Positions 1-10,026 of a DNA stretch of 64,000 nt are shown one piece after another (positions within the stretch are counted from its first letter, which is position 1; every line of letters starts with the position of its first letter). The notes beneath the pieces are model-generated. The model saw nothing but the letters and a program-made list of their open reading frames with translations. It was not told where the DNA came from and ran no database searches. Origin of the DNA: an uncultured Bacillota bacterium (GTDB taxonomy: Bacteria > Bacillota_I > Bacilli_A > RFN20 > CAG-826); assembly GCA_949299565.1 (NCBI GenBank), contig OX437086.1, forward strand, positions 678,919 through 742,918. The letters are read 5' to 3'. The position numbers and the translations under genes were made by a program.

Positions 1-2
1 TA

Positions 3-611
3 AACAATCTTTTATCGCTTGACGTCGACCATTTAAGCCTTTATTCATTGACGGTTCGCGGAAATAGCGTCTTCAGCATCAAAAAAATCCCCGAGGCTAG
101 TCAGGAATTAGGGGCGGAATTATATAGCACAGCCCTCCAAATCTTGCGCGCGCATGATTATGAACGTTATGAAGTCTCCAATTTCGCTCGTCACGATGAA
201 AAATGTCTTCATAATCTTACATATTGGCATGACCTTCCATATGCCGGAGCTGGGCTTGGAGCGGCGGGATATCTCGATGATCATTATCGTTACCGCAACA
301 GCACATCACTTCCCTGCTATTTAGAAGGCCGAGGACGAGAAATTGAAGACGCCAGCGCTTTAAAGGATCAAATTGAATATTTTCTTTTGACGAACTTAAG
401 GCTTGAAGAAGGCTTTTCTTTAAACGATTTCTCAATGCGTTTTCAGCTTTCCTTTCCTTCTCTTTTTTCTAAAACGATAAAGAAATTCGAAGATAACGGA
501 TGCCTTTCAATGCAAAAAGAGATGCTAAAGCTCACCGATCGAGGGATAATGATACTCGATCGAATACTTGTAGAATTTTTTGAGGAATTAGATGGATATT
601 GCGCGCTATGA
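3..611 (+). CDS. hemW: Radical SAM heme chaperone HemW/HemN-like, 5'-truncated by window edge
   Basis: Frame is open from the window start (DHLSLYSLT); YEVSNFA and HNLTYW motifs; HemN C-terminal domain; typical position upstream of hrcA. Confidence 0.9.
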   Translation, partial: NNLLSLDVDHLSLYSLTVRGNSVFSIKKIPEASQELGAELYSTALQILRAHDYERYEVSNFARHDEKCLHNLTYWHDLPYAGAGLGAAGYLDDHYRYRNSTSLPCYLEGRGREIEDASALKDQIEYFLLTNLRLEEGFSLNDFSMRFQLSFPSLFSKTIKKFEDNGCLSMQKEMLKLTDRGIMILDRILVEFFEELDGYCAL

Positions 612-1008
612 AAAACGCTTAGGTGCCTATTTGATTGATAAGGGAATATCGTGGATCTTCCTTGTCGTTTTCTTGATTTTGTTTTGGCTTTTTTTGCCGC
701 GCGACTTTTCGCTTTTTCTCTCGTTCCTTTTAGCGACGGGTCTTTCAATCATTTTGCACTGTCTTCTTCTTTTTCTTTCGTTATTTTTCACGCACGGCTC
801 GAGTTTAGGACTTTGGCTTTTTCATATTCGCATTGTTCATCCCGATTTATCGATCCTTTCGCCGAAAGAAAGTTTTATTCGTTCGTTGATTGCCTCTTTT
901 TTGGTGGTGGCGATCGCAGAAGCATCATTTATGTTAATTCGTCACACCGAACGTTCCGTCGCCGATCGCTTAACAAATACAATTGCAGTCAATATGCGAC
1001 AATTTTAA
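592..1008 (+). CDS. RDD family membrane protein
   Basis: KRLGAYLID at N-terminus, SLG..LFHIRIV, C-terminal RSVADRLTNT; several TM segments. Confidence 0.75.
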   Translation: MDIARYEKRLGAYLIDKGISWIFLVVFLILFWLFLPRDFSLFLSFLLATGLSIILHCLLLFLSLFFTHGSSLGLWLFHIRIVHPDLSILSPKESFIRSLIASFLVVAIAEASFMLIRHTERSVADRLTNTIAVNMRQF

Positions 1009-1013
1009 AGATT

Positions 1014-1040
1014 TTGGCAGTTGCGTCTTGACATTGCTAA
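1014..1040 (+). promoter_or_regulatory. CIRCE-like HrcA operator 1, overlapping the -35 box
   Basis: TTGGCAGTT-N9-CATTGCTAA versus consensus TTAGCACTC-N9-GAGTGCTAA; directly upstream of hrcA. Confidence 0.8.
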
Positions 1041-1056
1041 TAAGGGAAAGTAGTAT
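1028..1056 (+). promoter_or_regulatory. SigA promoter of the hrcA-grpE-dnaK-dnaJ operon
   Basis: TTGACA (1028-1033), 17 bp, TAGTAT (1051-1056). Confidence 0.75.
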
Positions 1057-1060
1057 GCTT

Positions 1061-1087
1061 CTAGCAGTGGCGAGAGGCCATTGCTAA
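1061..1087 (+). promoter_or_regulatory. CIRCE-like HrcA operator 2
   Basis: CTAGCAGTG-N9-CATTGCTAA between the -10 box and the hrcA start. Confidence 0.8.
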
Positions 1088-1092
1088 AGGTT

Positions 1093-2199
1093 ATGACAAG
1101 ACGCGATACTATCTTAAAACTGATTGTCGAGCATTTCATCAAAACCGCAGAACCAGTCGGCTCTTCGACGCTTCAAAAGACTTATGGTCTCAAAGTTTCG
1201 ACAGCGACGATTCGCAACGAGATGATGGCGCTTGAGAAAGAGGGATATCTCGAAAAGACTTATACGTCTTCTGGACGGGTTCCTTCAACTTTAGGCTATC
1301 GTTATTACGTTGAGAATCTAAGGAGTGGTGATGTTGATAACCTTGATGCGAGAAACGCTCTTCAAAGCGTCCTTTCTGAACGCGGAAAGTCGATTGAAGA
1401 AGTCATCAAGGAAAGCTGCGAAATTCTCTCGAACATGACTGATTTGGCTTCAGTGGTTCTCGGGCAGAAAACGACAGCGGAGCGCTTGGCTTCAATTCAA
1501 GTGGTGCCGCTCCCCGGACATGCCGCTTCTGCGGTTATCGTGACGGATTCAGGTTACGTTGAAAACAAAACCTTCCTTCTAACAGAAGAACAAGATCCTG
1601 AAGAAGTGCGGAAGATGGTTGAGATTCTCTCAGCGCGTCTAGCTGGCACACCGATCGGAGAAGTTTGCGCTAAATTAGAGGCCTTGCGACCAGCCCTTCA
1701 AGATTTCATCTTAGGCGAGGAAGCTTTGTATCAGGCTTTATTTAACGCTTTTGCGCGCTTTGCATCAGAACGCATCTCGACTTTCGGCAAAGATAAGCTC
1801 TATGAGCAACCGGAATTTCGCGATGATGCTGAGAAATTGCGGGAGCTTCTTTCTCTTCTTGAGAATCCAACGCGTCTCAGAAAGGCCGTTGAAGGAGGAA
1901 AGCTTCTACCATCCGGCGTTTCGGTCAGGATTGGAGAAGGGGGCTTGACGCTGATCTCGGCGGGGCTTCATATTCCCGGCGAGACGGGCGCTAGTTTGAC
2001 GCTTGTCGGACCTTCACGTCTCAATTATGAAAAAGTTCTTGCGACCCTCACGTACTTTGCTAGCGCTCTAGAAGAGTACTTCGGTAACAATAGAAAGAAA
2101 GGAGAACTGGTCAAAATATGTGGAGCAAAGACAAAGGAAAAGACAAAAAAGAAGAACCCCGAGAAGAAAATAACGAAGAAAACGACGAAGGGGAATTGA
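1093..2199 (+). CDS. hrcA: Heat-inducible transcription repressor HrcA
   Basis: EPVGS, ATIRNEM, TSSGRVPS..GYRYYV, VGPSRLNY motifs; ATG at 1093 preferred over TTG 1081. Confidence 0.97.
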   Translation: MTRRDTILKLIVEHFIKTAEPVGSSTLQKTYGLKVSTATIRNEMMALEKEGYLEKTYTSSGRVPSTLGYRYYVENLRSGDVDNLDARNALQSVLSERGKSIEEVIKESCEILSNMTDLASVVLGQKTTAERLASIQVVPLPGHAASAVIVTDSGYVENKTFLLTEEQDPEEVRKMVEILSARLAGTPIGEVCAKLEALRPALQDFILGEEALYQALFNAFARFASERISTFGKDKLYEQPEFRDDAEKLRELLSLLENPTRLRKAVEGGKLLPSGVSVRIGEGGLTLISAGLHIPGETGASLTLVGPSRLNYEKVLATLTYFASALEEYFGNNRKKGELVKICGAKTKEKTKKKNPEKKITKKTTKGN

Positions 2200-2741
2200 A
2201 TTACACGATCAGCAAAAAAGAATGGGACGCTAAACTTCAAGAACTCAAAGCGGCGCATGAAGAAGCTGATAAATGGAAGAATGAATACTATTTATCCTTA
2301 GCTGACACTCAAAACCTCCGGAAGACACTAGAAGAGGATCACCGGACCGCTCTCCGTTACCGAAGCGCTGGCTTCGTTGAGAAATTGGTCATGCCGCTAG
2401 AAAGCTTCCGCATCGCTCTTGATGCGACTCCGACGAGCGAAGAGGCTATCAATTATAAAAAAGGGTTTGCTTACATTTATTCGCTCTTGATTGAAGCCTT
2501 GACTTCTGAAGGGGTAAAAGAGATCAATCCACCGCCAGGCGCAAAGTTCGATCCGGCTCTCATGGAGGCTATTAAAACCGAGGAGGGTGAAGAGGAAGGA
2601 TTGATTGTCAAAGTTGATGCGGTCGGCTTCCAACTTCTTGATCGCTTATTGAAACCGGCAAGAGTCACGGTTTCTATCAAGAAAAAAGAAGAAGTTAAAG
2701 ATGATAAAAAAGTGGAAGAATCCACAGAAGGAGATAAATAA
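2118..2741 (+). CDS. grpE: Nucleotide exchange factor GrpE
   Basis: [32 protein letters not shown]; position in the dnaK operon. Confidence 0.95.
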   Translation: MWSKDKGKDKKEEPREENNEENDEGELNYTISKKEWDAKLQELKAAHEEADKWKNEYYLSLADTQNLRKTLEEDHRTALRYRSAGFVEKLVMPLESFRIALDATPTSEEAINYKKGFAYIYSLLIEALTSEGVKEINPPPGAKFDPALMEAIKTEEGEEEGLIVKVDAVGFQLLDRLLKPARVTVSIKKKEEVKDDKKVEESTEGDK

Positions 2742-2743
2742 AT

Positions 2744-4573
2744 ATGGCAAAGGAAATTATTGTCGGTATCGATTTAGGAACAACAAATTCAGTTATTTCG
2801 TATATGCAGGCTGACGGGAAAGTCAAAGTCATCCCGAATCCCGAGGGCACGAACACAACGCCGTCGGTCGTGGCTTTTAAAGGCAGCGGCGAAGAGATTG
2901 TCGGCAATGCTGCTAAAAGACAAATGATCACGAACCCTGACACCGTTCGGAGCGCTAAGCGCAAAATGGGCACTTCTGAAAAGTTCCACATCGCTTGCTT
3001 AAATAAAGATTACACGCCCCAAGAAATCTCAGCCAAAGTTCTTGCTTACATGAAATCTTATGCCGAGAAAAACATCGGGCAGCCAGTCAAAAAAGCCGTC
3101 ATCACAGTACCTGCTTATTTCAACGATGCCCAGCGGCAAGCGACAAAAGATGCCGGAACGATTGCTGGACTTGACGTCGTGCGGATTATCAATGAGCCAA
3201 CTGCTTCTTGCTTAGCTTATGGTCTTGATAGCAACAAGTCTGGAAAAGTTCTCGTCTTTGACCTTGGTGGCGGAACTCTCGACGTCTCGATTCTCGATAT
3301 CGGAGATGGAACCTTCCAAGTTCTTTCAACGAACGGCGACACGCGTTTAGGCGGTGACGACTGGGATAACGCCGTTGCTGATTGGATTCAGGCCCAGATT
3401 CAAATGGAAACGGGAATGCGTTTGGACGACGCGATGGCGCGTCAACGTTTCCTTGACGCAGCTGAGAAGGCTAAGATTGAACTCTCTTCATCTTTAGAAA
3501 CGACAATTTCTCTTCCGTTTATCGGCATGGGCAAGAATGGTCCTATTTCTTATGAAGGAAAACTCACGCGTGCCGAATTCCAACGTTTGACGCAGAATCT
3601 TTTGGAACGTTGCCGCATACCGATGGAAAAAGCGATGAAGGATGCGGGGCTGAATTACAATGAGATCGACGAAGTTTTGATGGTCGGCGGTTCCACGAGA
3701 ATGCCGGCTGTTCAAGAGATGGTCGAAAAAGAGACTGGCAAGAAATTAAATCTTTCAGTCAACCCCGATGAAGCGGTCTCGCTTGGGGCTGCAATCCAAG
3801 GCGCGGTTATCGCTGGCGATGTCAAGGATGTCGTTTTACTCGACGTAACTCCTTTGACTTTAGGAATTGAAACTTTGGGCGGAGTTATGACGCCTTTAAT
3901 TCCTCGCAACACGACGATTCCGACAACGAAGAGTCAGATTTTCTCAACGGCCGAAGATAACCAGCCGGCTGTCGACATCATGGTTTATCAAGGCGAACGT
4001 CCGATGGCGCACGATAATAAGCTCCTTGGACATTTCACTTTGACGGGCATTAATCCCGCCCGCCGCGGACAACCGCGAATTGAAGTGACTTTCTCGATTG
4101 ACGTCAACGGCATCGTTAAGGTTTCAGCGAAAGACTTAGATACGCAAAAGTCGCAAGATATCACGATTTCTGGTTCGAACGGACTTTCAAAAGAAGATAT
4201 CGATCGGATGATTAAGGACGCCGAAAAGAATAAAGAGGCTGATGAAAAGCGGAAGAACGATATCGAAGTGAAAAACAAAGCTCAAACTTATGTTGATGAA
4301 ATCAACCGTGTCTTGAGCGAAAAAGGCGACAGCATGAAACCGGAAGAGAAAGACGAACTCACGAAATTACGCGATGAGGCACAAGGAGCCATTCAAAGCG
4401 ATAATATCGAAAAATTGCGGGAGATTGTTGGACGCTTGGAAGACGCTGCGATGAAAGCGCAAAGCGCGCATAACGCTTATCAAAATACTTCCGGAGCTTC
4501 TTCGACTAACGAAAATAAAGATAGTTCCAATGACGACGTCATTGATGCTGATTTCACCGACAAAAAGGCTTAA
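2744..4573 (+). CDS. dnaK: Chaperone DnaK (Hsp70)
   Basis: [31 protein letters not shown] motifs. Confidence 0.99.
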   Translation: MAKEIIVGIDLGTTNSVISYMQADGKVKVIPNPEGTNTTPSVVAFKGSGEEIVGNAAKRQMITNPDTVRSAKRKMGTSEKFHIACLNKDYTPQEISAKVLAYMKSYAEKNIGQPVKKAVITVPAYFNDAQRQATKDAGTIAGLDVVRIINEPTASCLAYGLDSNKSGKVLVFDLGGGTLDVSILDIGDGTFQVLSTNGDTRLGGDDWDNAVADWIQAQIQMETGMRLDDAMARQRFLDAAEKAKIELSSSLETTISLPFIGMGKNGPISYEGKLTRAEFQRLTQNLLERCRIPMEKAMKDAGLNYNEIDEVLMVGGSTRMPAVQEMVEKETGKKLNLSVNPDEAVSLGAAIQGAVIAGDVKDVVLLDVTPLTLGIETLGGVMTPLIPRNTTIPTTKSQIFSTAEDNQPAVDIMVYQGERPMAHDNKLLGHFTLTGINPARRGQPRIEVTFSIDVNGIVKVSAKDLDTQKSQDITISGSNGLSKEDIDRMIKDAEKNKEADEKRKNDIEVKNKAQTYVDEINRVLSEKGDSMKPEEKDELTKLRDEAQGAIQSDNIEKLREIVGRLEDAAMKAQSAHNAYQNTSGASSTNENKDSSNDDVIDADFTDKKA

Positions 4574-4590
4574 TTAAAATGGCTTTTTCT

Positions 4591-4620
4591 AAGAAGGCTC
4601 CTCAACGGGGCCTTCTTTGT
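4591..4620 (+). terminator. Intrinsic terminator/attenuator between dnaK and dnaJ
   Basis: AAGAAGGCTCC-TCAAC-GGGGCCTTCTT hairpin with short T tail. Confidence 0.7.
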
Positions 4621-4642
4621 GGTTTTCAAAGGAGTAATTTAG

Positions 4643-5779
4643 ATGGCTAAGCGAGATTATTATGAAGTTTTAGGAATTAACAAAAGCGCTAGTAAAGATG
4701 AGATTCGGAGCGCTTATCGTAAATTAGCCAAAAAATACCATCCTGACATCAATCACGAACCAGATGCTCCAAAAAAGTTCGAGGAGATTCAAGAAGCGTA
4801 CGACGTTCTCTCTGATGACAATAAGCGCGCTCAATATGATCAATTCGGAATGGCGGCTTTCAGTCAAGGCGCTTCGACCGGAGGAGCCGGAAATCCTTTC
4901 GGACAAGGATTTTCTTCGCAAGGATTTGGCGATGTTGATTTAGGCGACATCTTCAATTCTTTCTTTGGCGGAAGCCCGTTTGGGAATCGCCGGGGAAGTA
5001 ATAGCTCTTCTCCGCGGAAAGGGGCTGATAAATTAGCCTCAGTTCGCATCTCTTTCATGGATTCGATAAAAGGCGTGAAGGTCAGTCTCAACGTCAATTA
5101 TGAAGCACCATGTAAACATTGTCATGGAAGCGGTGCTGAGACGCCCGATGATCTTGTGACTTGCCCGGATTGCGGAGGGCGCGGTTATAAAACAGTGCAG
5201 CAGCGTACTTTTTTCGGCGTCAGCGAAACGCAAGTTATTTGTCAAAGATGCCATGGTCGCGGGAAGATTGTCCGTCATGTCTGCCATGAATGCCAAGGCG
5301 AAGGTTATAAAAAGACCCGTACTAATTTAGAGGTCAATATTCCAGCCGGCATCATTTCCGGTCAGCAACTCCGCGTCAGCGGCTATGGAGAACGCGGTCG
5401 CAACGGCGGTCCGAATGGCGACTTAATCATTGAAGTCGAAGTCGAAAAAGACCAAATCTTTGAACGCGACGGCAACGACATTCATATCGAACGCGAAATT
5501 TCTTTTGTGGACGCGGCTTTGGGATGCAAATTAGAAGTTCCGACGGTTTATCGAACTGTTGAGGTTGAAATACCGTCCGGCACTCAAAGCGGAGCGATCA
5601 TTCGTTTGAAGGGCGAGGGGATTAAAGGCAATAACCGGAAAGCCGGCGATCAATACATTCACCTTAAATGCATCGTTCCGACTTTTCTCAGCGAATCGCA
5701 AAAAGATTTGTTGCGGCAATTTCAGAAAGAGGAAGCAGCAAAAGGAAACAAAAGCTGGGGTCGTTTTTTCCGCAAATAA
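4643..5779 (+). CDS. dnaJ: Chaperone DnaJ
   Basis: HPD J-domain, G/F-rich region, four CxxCxGxG repeats. Confidence 0.99.
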   Translation: MAKRDYYEVLGINKSASKDEIRSAYRKLAKKYHPDINHEPDAPKKFEEIQEAYDVLSDDNKRAQYDQFGMAAFSQGASTGGAGNPFGQGFSSQGFGDVDLGDIFNSFFGGSPFGNRRGSNSSSPRKGADKLASVRISFMDSIKGVKVSLNVNYEAPCKHCHGSGAETPDDLVTCPDCGGRGYKTVQQRTFFGVSETQVICQRCHGRGKIVRHVCHECQGEGYKKTRTNLEVNIPAGIISGQQLRVSGYGERGRNGGPNGDLIIEVEVEKDQIFERDGNDIHIEREISFVDAALGCKLEVPTVYRTVEVEIPSGTQSGAIIRLKGEGIKGNNRKAGDQYIHLKCIVPTFLSESQKDLLRQFQKEEAAKGNKSWGRFFRK

Positions 5780-5829
5780 TCATTTATTTTCTATCAGCCT
5801 TTGCTTAAAGTAGAGAAGGGATAATTGCC

Positions 5830-6285
5830 ATGAATAAATATATGGAAATTGCGTTAGAAGAAGCAGAAAAAGGAATTGCTTCTGGACATGGCGGACCTTT
5901 TGGAGCCGTGATTGTTTTAGATGGAAAAATTGTGGGGCGCGGTCACAATCAAGTGATTAAAAACCAAGATCCCACTTGCCATGGCGAAATGATGGCCATT
6001 CATGATGCTTGTCAAAATTTAAAGACCTTCAATCTTGAAGGGGCTGAACTTTATACGACCGGTTATCCGTGCCCGATGTGTCTAGGTGCGATTTTATGGG
6101 CGAATATCAAGAAAGTTTATTATGGTTGCAACGTTGTCGATACAGAAAAAATCGGCTTTCGCGACCAGGCTTTCTATGAATTCTTGGAAAGCGAAGATAA
6201 AGAAAAATTCATCAGCGAACTTGACCGCGAGGCTTGCTTAAAGCTTTACGATGATTATCTAAAAACTCAGCATCAGGAGTATTAA
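5830..6285 (+). CDS. guaD: Nucleoside/guanine deaminase (CDA fold, GuaD-like)
   Basis: GGPFGAVI, DPTCHGE, PCPMCLGAI.W zinc motifs typical of Bacillus-type guanine deaminase. Confidence 0.8.
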   Translation: MNKYMEIALEEAEKGIASGHGGPFGAVIVLDGKIVGRGHNQVIKNQDPTCHGEMMAIHDACQNLKTFNLEGAELYTTGYPCPMCLGAILWANIKKVYYGCNVVDTEKIGFRDQAFYEFLESEDKEKFISELDREACLKLYDDYLKTQHQEY

Positions 6286-6286
6286 A

Positions 6287-6727
6287 ATGCCGAAGTGCAT
6301 TCATTGTGGTAAAGACATTACATCTTTTGATTACGACATTTGCCCGCATTGCGGGCAGAAAAATCCTCTCGGAACATATCGGACGAAAGATATCACTACT
6401 TTTGTGGAGCCGATCGAGCAAGATGCGAAGTTGAGGAAAAGCAAAAGTCGTCTCTTCTTTTTGTTTCTTGGTTACAGTTTAGGAATTTTTGGTCTTCATT
6501 GGTTTTATCTCGGCTATAAATTGCGAGGTTTCTTGAATCTTTTTATAACTGCGCTTGTGGTGGCCGGAATCGGAAGCGTTCTTTATTTCCTTGTTCCCGT
6601 TTTAGCAAATTATGCGATGGCTTATTGGTTACTAGCGATTTTGCTTTTCTTGATTAATCTTTTCGTGATGCTATCTCTTACGCGAAGCGATGATCTCCTT
6701 GATCGACATGGCGAGAGGCTTCGTTGA
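6287..6727 (+). CDS. Zinc-ribbon plus TM2 domain membrane protein
   Basis: CxxC...CPHCG at N-terminus; KSR...LGIFGLHWFYLG TM2 signature. Confidence 0.8.
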   Translation: MPKCIHCGKDITSFDYDICPHCGQKNPLGTYRTKDITTFVEPIEQDAKLRKSKSRLFFLFLGYSLGIFGLHWFYLGYKLRGFLNLFITALVVAGIGSVLYFLVPVLANYAMAYWLLAILLFLINLFVMLSLTRSDDLLDRHGERLR

Positions 6728-7437
6728 TGGAGACTTTTTTCGTTGAATGGAATAAGGAAATCGCGAAACTCAGAAGCGAAGATGAGTTTCATTTATCGCA
6801 CGTTAAAAGAGTGAGAATCGGTGAGAAGTTTCGCTTAGTCGGGCCTGATCATCGTCCGTTTTTAGGCGTTGTTGAGAATTTAAAACCGCTCACCTTAAAA
6901 AGAATGAACGATGAAGTTTTATCGACAACGGAACTTAAAGTCCCAATCGCTTTAGCATTTCCGCTTTTGAAAAACGGGAACGATGCTTTGATTGTCGAAA
7001 AAGGGACAGAATTAGGGGTCCGAAAGTTTTATCCGTTCGTTTCCGAATATAGCGTCATTCGCTTGGGAGAAACAAAAGAGCAGGAGAAAAAACGCGAACG
7101 CTTCTCGCGCATTGCGCGTGAGGCTGCTCGACAATCGGGTCGCGATTATATTCCGGAAATCGCTCCTTTTTGTTCTTTAAAAGATATAGCGCAGTTAAAA
7201 TGTGAAATGAAAATCTTGGCTTATGAAGGAGAGGCTAAAAGTAGAAGCATCTTCCCTTCTTTTTCCGATGTTTCTTCTTGCCTTCTTCTCAGCGGTCCCG
7301 AAGGAGGATTTTCGCCTCAGGAAGTCCTTTATTTGAAGGAAAGTTTTCATTTTGTCGGTTTAGGACCAACGATTCTCCGAGCGGAAACGGCAAGCCTTTG
7401 CCTTTTGATGAACGTGAGGTCTAAAATCTTAATATGA
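6727..7437 (+). CDS. rsmE: 16S rRNA m3U1498 methyltransferase RsmE
   Basis: EKGTELGV, EAARQSGR, GPEGGFS, LGPTILRAETA. Confidence 0.95.
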   Translation: METFFVEWNKEIAKLRSEDEFHLSHVKRVRIGEKFRLVGPDHRPFLGVVENLKPLTLKRMNDEVLSTTELKVPIALAFPLLKNGNDALIVEKGTELGVRKFYPFVSEYSVIRLGETKEQEKKRERFSRIAREAARQSGRDYIPEIAPFCSLKDIAQLKCEMKILAYEGEAKSRSIFPSFSDVSSCLLLSGPEGGFSPQEVLYLKESFHFVGLGPTILRAETASLCLLMNVRSKILI

Positions 7438-8258
7438 AACCACTTGATATTTATCAACTTTCATATCGTGAACGGACGAAAGCGCGTGCCCATAAAGAGG
7501 AAGATAATTTCTTTCTTTCCTCTTCTTATTTGCTCGGCGCTTGCGCTTCGTGGGCACCGTATTTAAAGCCGAAAAATTCCTTCGATGTCATTCGCGCGAA
7601 TATTTTGATCAGAGCTTTCCTCAATAAGAAAACGCTCGAAAAGAGTTATTCATTGAAGACAAAAACGTTACTTGAGAAAAAGCATTTGAATAGTCTCTCA
7701 CTTGAAGAATTCATGCTTGATGTCAGGGCGGAACTTCCGCATTTTGACTATCAAGGAAAAACTATTTATGTGCCTTTTTTTCCGCTTTCGATCAACGAAA
7801 TCTATAGTTATCACTTAGAACGTTTGGATGAAAAGCCATATCATAATCTTCTCAATGATTTTGAGTCGGTAATGGTGGATCCCTTTGATTATTACGGCTA
7901 TAAGTTATTCGCTTCGCCTTTCTGTCATTTGGTGATGCTGCATAAAGAGAAAGATGGAGCGGCTTTTTATGATTATGATCAAGAGGCTCTTTATTTCGTG
8001 AATGAACAAGGACGCTTGGATGGGGCGCTTTATCTTTTTGATCGCTTTTTATTAAACCCGAAAAAGAGTCGAATCGTTCCGCGTTTAGAGACGGTTTTAG
8101 AAGCATATTACGCGAATAACCAAGAACTTTTTTATGAACGTCTCTTGGTCGAAGGCTTTTTCTCTTATCATTTTTTGTCGCTTTTAAAAAAGGCTCGTCT
8201 TTCTTTACAAGAAAAAAGCGAAAAAATTCAAGCAAAGGACGAAAAGAAAGATCAATGA
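7434..8258 (+). CDS. Hypothetical soluble protein
   Basis: 274-aa ORF overlapping rsmE and mtaB by 4 nt each (ATGA); no family recognised. Confidence 0.8.
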   Translation: MKPLDIYQLSYRERTKARAHKEEDNFFLSSSYLLGACASWAPYLKPKNSFDVIRANILIRAFLNKKTLEKSYSLKTKTLLEKKHLNSLSLEEFMLDVRAELPHFDYQGKTIYVPFFPLSINEIYSYHLERLDEKPYHNLLNDFESVMVDPFDYYGYKLFASPFCHLVMLHKEKDGAAFYDYDQEALYFVNEQGRLDGALYLFDRFLLNPKKSRIVPRLETVLEAYYANNQELFYERLLVEGFFSYHFLSLLKKARLSLQEKSEKIQAKDEKKDQ

Positions 8259-9532
8259 ATTTTTATTTAGAGAGTTTAGGCTGCAAGGTCAATGCCTGCG
8301 AGATCGGCGGTTTCCGTTCTTTGTTATTAGAAAACGGACATCAAGAAGTTAAAGATCCGATCAGCGCGGATGTTTTGCTTATCAATACTTGCTCGGTAAC
8401 GCATGAAAGCGGGCGAAAATCGCAGCAACACATCAGGCGTTTGCGGAGATTAAATCCGAAGGGTTTTTTAGTCGTGATGGGCTGTGAAACGGAGCGTTTA
8501 GGTCTAGAAGTTTTAAAGCTTGGCGTCGATTTGGCGTCAGGAACGCATGCACGGCTTGAACTTTTAGATATTGTCCTCAAATATTTAAAAAGCGGAGAAA
8601 AGCCTCTTCCATCCTTTATTTCTTCCAAAAAAGAAGGCTTTCAAGAATTTCCCGGCGCAAGCGCGGAGAATCATCTCCGAGCCTATTTAAAAATTCAAGA
8701 CGGTTGCAATTCTTTTTGCTCGTATTGCTTAATTCCTTATCTTCGCGGACGGAGCGTTTCGCGCGATCCTCAATGCATTATTGAGGAGGCCAAAAAATTA
8801 ACGATCAATCATCCAGAATTAGTGCTTGCCGGCATTCATATCGGGAAATACGGTTTAGATTTAACGCCCAGAAATAATTTGACTCAATTGATTGAAAGAA
8901 TTTTAAAAGAAGTAGGAGATTTGAAACGCTTGCGAATTTCTTCTTTAGAGGAAAGTGAAATCGATGAAGAATTTTTAACTCTTTTCGCCAAAGAAGAAAA
9001 GATTGCAAATCATTTGCATTTGCCGCTTCAATCCGGCTCCGAGAAGATTTTGCGTTTAATGGGTCGGCCATATATGCCGAGCGGCTATTATGAAAACGTT
9101 CAAAAGGCACGAGCTGCACGTGAAGACGTGGCGATTACAGCTGATTTAATCGCCGGTTTTCCCGGTGAAAATGATGATGACTGGAAGGAAACGATGTCGT
9201 TCCTTCGAAAGTGCGCTTTTTCTGAACTGCATGTTTTTCCCTATTCAAGACGTGAAGGAACAAGAGCGAGCGCCTTAAATGATTTGCCGATGAACATTAA
9301 GAAAGAACGCGTTCGCGAAGCCTTAACGCTTTCCGATGAACTTTCAATGGAATATCGTAAAAAATTCAGTGGCCAAAGAGTCCAGGTTTTATTCGAGACC
9401 TTCGATGGGCGCTATGCCTTTGGCCATAGTTCCAATTATTTGACTGTCAAAATTCCTAGTTCGCGTTCATTGCGTGGCGAAATCCATGAAATCGTCTACG
9501 ATTCTTCGATGGGGCCTTCGAAAGGATTATGA
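8255..9532 (+). CDS. mtaB: tRNA methylthiotransferase MtaB
   Basis: LGCKVN, INTCSVT, CNSFCSYC radical SAM motif; position after rsmE. Confidence 0.93.
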   Translation: MNFYLESLGCKVNACEIGGFRSLLLENGHQEVKDPISADVLLINTCSVTHESGRKSQQHIRRLRRLNPKGFLVVMGCETERLGLEVLKLGVDLASGTHARLELLDIVLKYLKSGEKPLPSFISSKKEGFQEFPGASAENHLRAYLKIQDGCNSFCSYCLIPYLRGRSVSRDPQCIIEEAKKLTINHPELVLAGIHIGKYGLDLTPRNNLTQLIERILKEVGDLKRLRISSLEESEIDEEFLTLFAKEEKIANHLHLPLQSGSEKILRLMGRPYMPSGYYENVQKARAAREDVAITADLIAGFPGENDDDWKETMSFLRKCAFSELHVFPYSRREGTRASALNDLPMNIKKERVREALTLSDELSMEYRKKFSGQRVQVLFETFDGRYAFGHSSNYLTVKIPSSRSLRGEIHEIVYDSSMGPSKGL

Positions 9533-9682
9533 GATGATCAGTCATAAAAATGAATTTTTTTGGACATTGTTATAAAAGAAACACTGATGTTTTTGAGATT
9601 TTTTTGACATTGTCTAATTATTTCTTTTGCTTTTTGTTTCGAGCTTTATATAATGCAACAGGAAAGTGAGAGGTGAAGAGAG

Positions 9683-9871
9683 ATGGCAGTACCGTTCAGA
9701 AGAACATCGAAGACACGGAAAAGATTAAGAAGAACACACTTCAAATTAGAAGCGACGGGTTTAGTGACGTGCCCGCATTGCGGAGCTTTAATCAAGGCTC
9801 ATCATGTCTGCAAAGAATGCGGATATTATGATGGGAAGGATGTCCTTCATCTTAAGAAAGAAGAAAAATAA
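9683..9871 (+). CDS. rpmF: 50S ribosomal protein L32 (Zn-binding form)
   Basis: [23 protein letters not shown]; strong SD GAGGTG. Confidence 0.98.
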   Translation: MAVPFRRTSKTRKRLRRTHFKLEATGLVTCPHCGALIKAHHVCKECGYYDGKDVLHLKKEEK

Positions 9872-9893
9872 ATTAACGACAAAATGATTTTTC

Positions 9894-9935
9894 GCCCCTA
9901 AGTCTTGGATCAACCAAGAGGAGGGGGTATTTTTT
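9894..9935 (+). terminator. Intrinsic terminator after rpmF
   Basis: CCCCT..TCTTGG/CCAAGA..AGGGG interrupted stem followed by a T run. Confidence 0.6.
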
Positions 9936-10026
9936 ATGTAAAAAGAAGAATAAAAATTCCATTTTGTTTATTTTGAGTTCTTTCTTTATCAGATTTATAT
10001 AAATTGAAACGAGAATAAGCTTTTGC

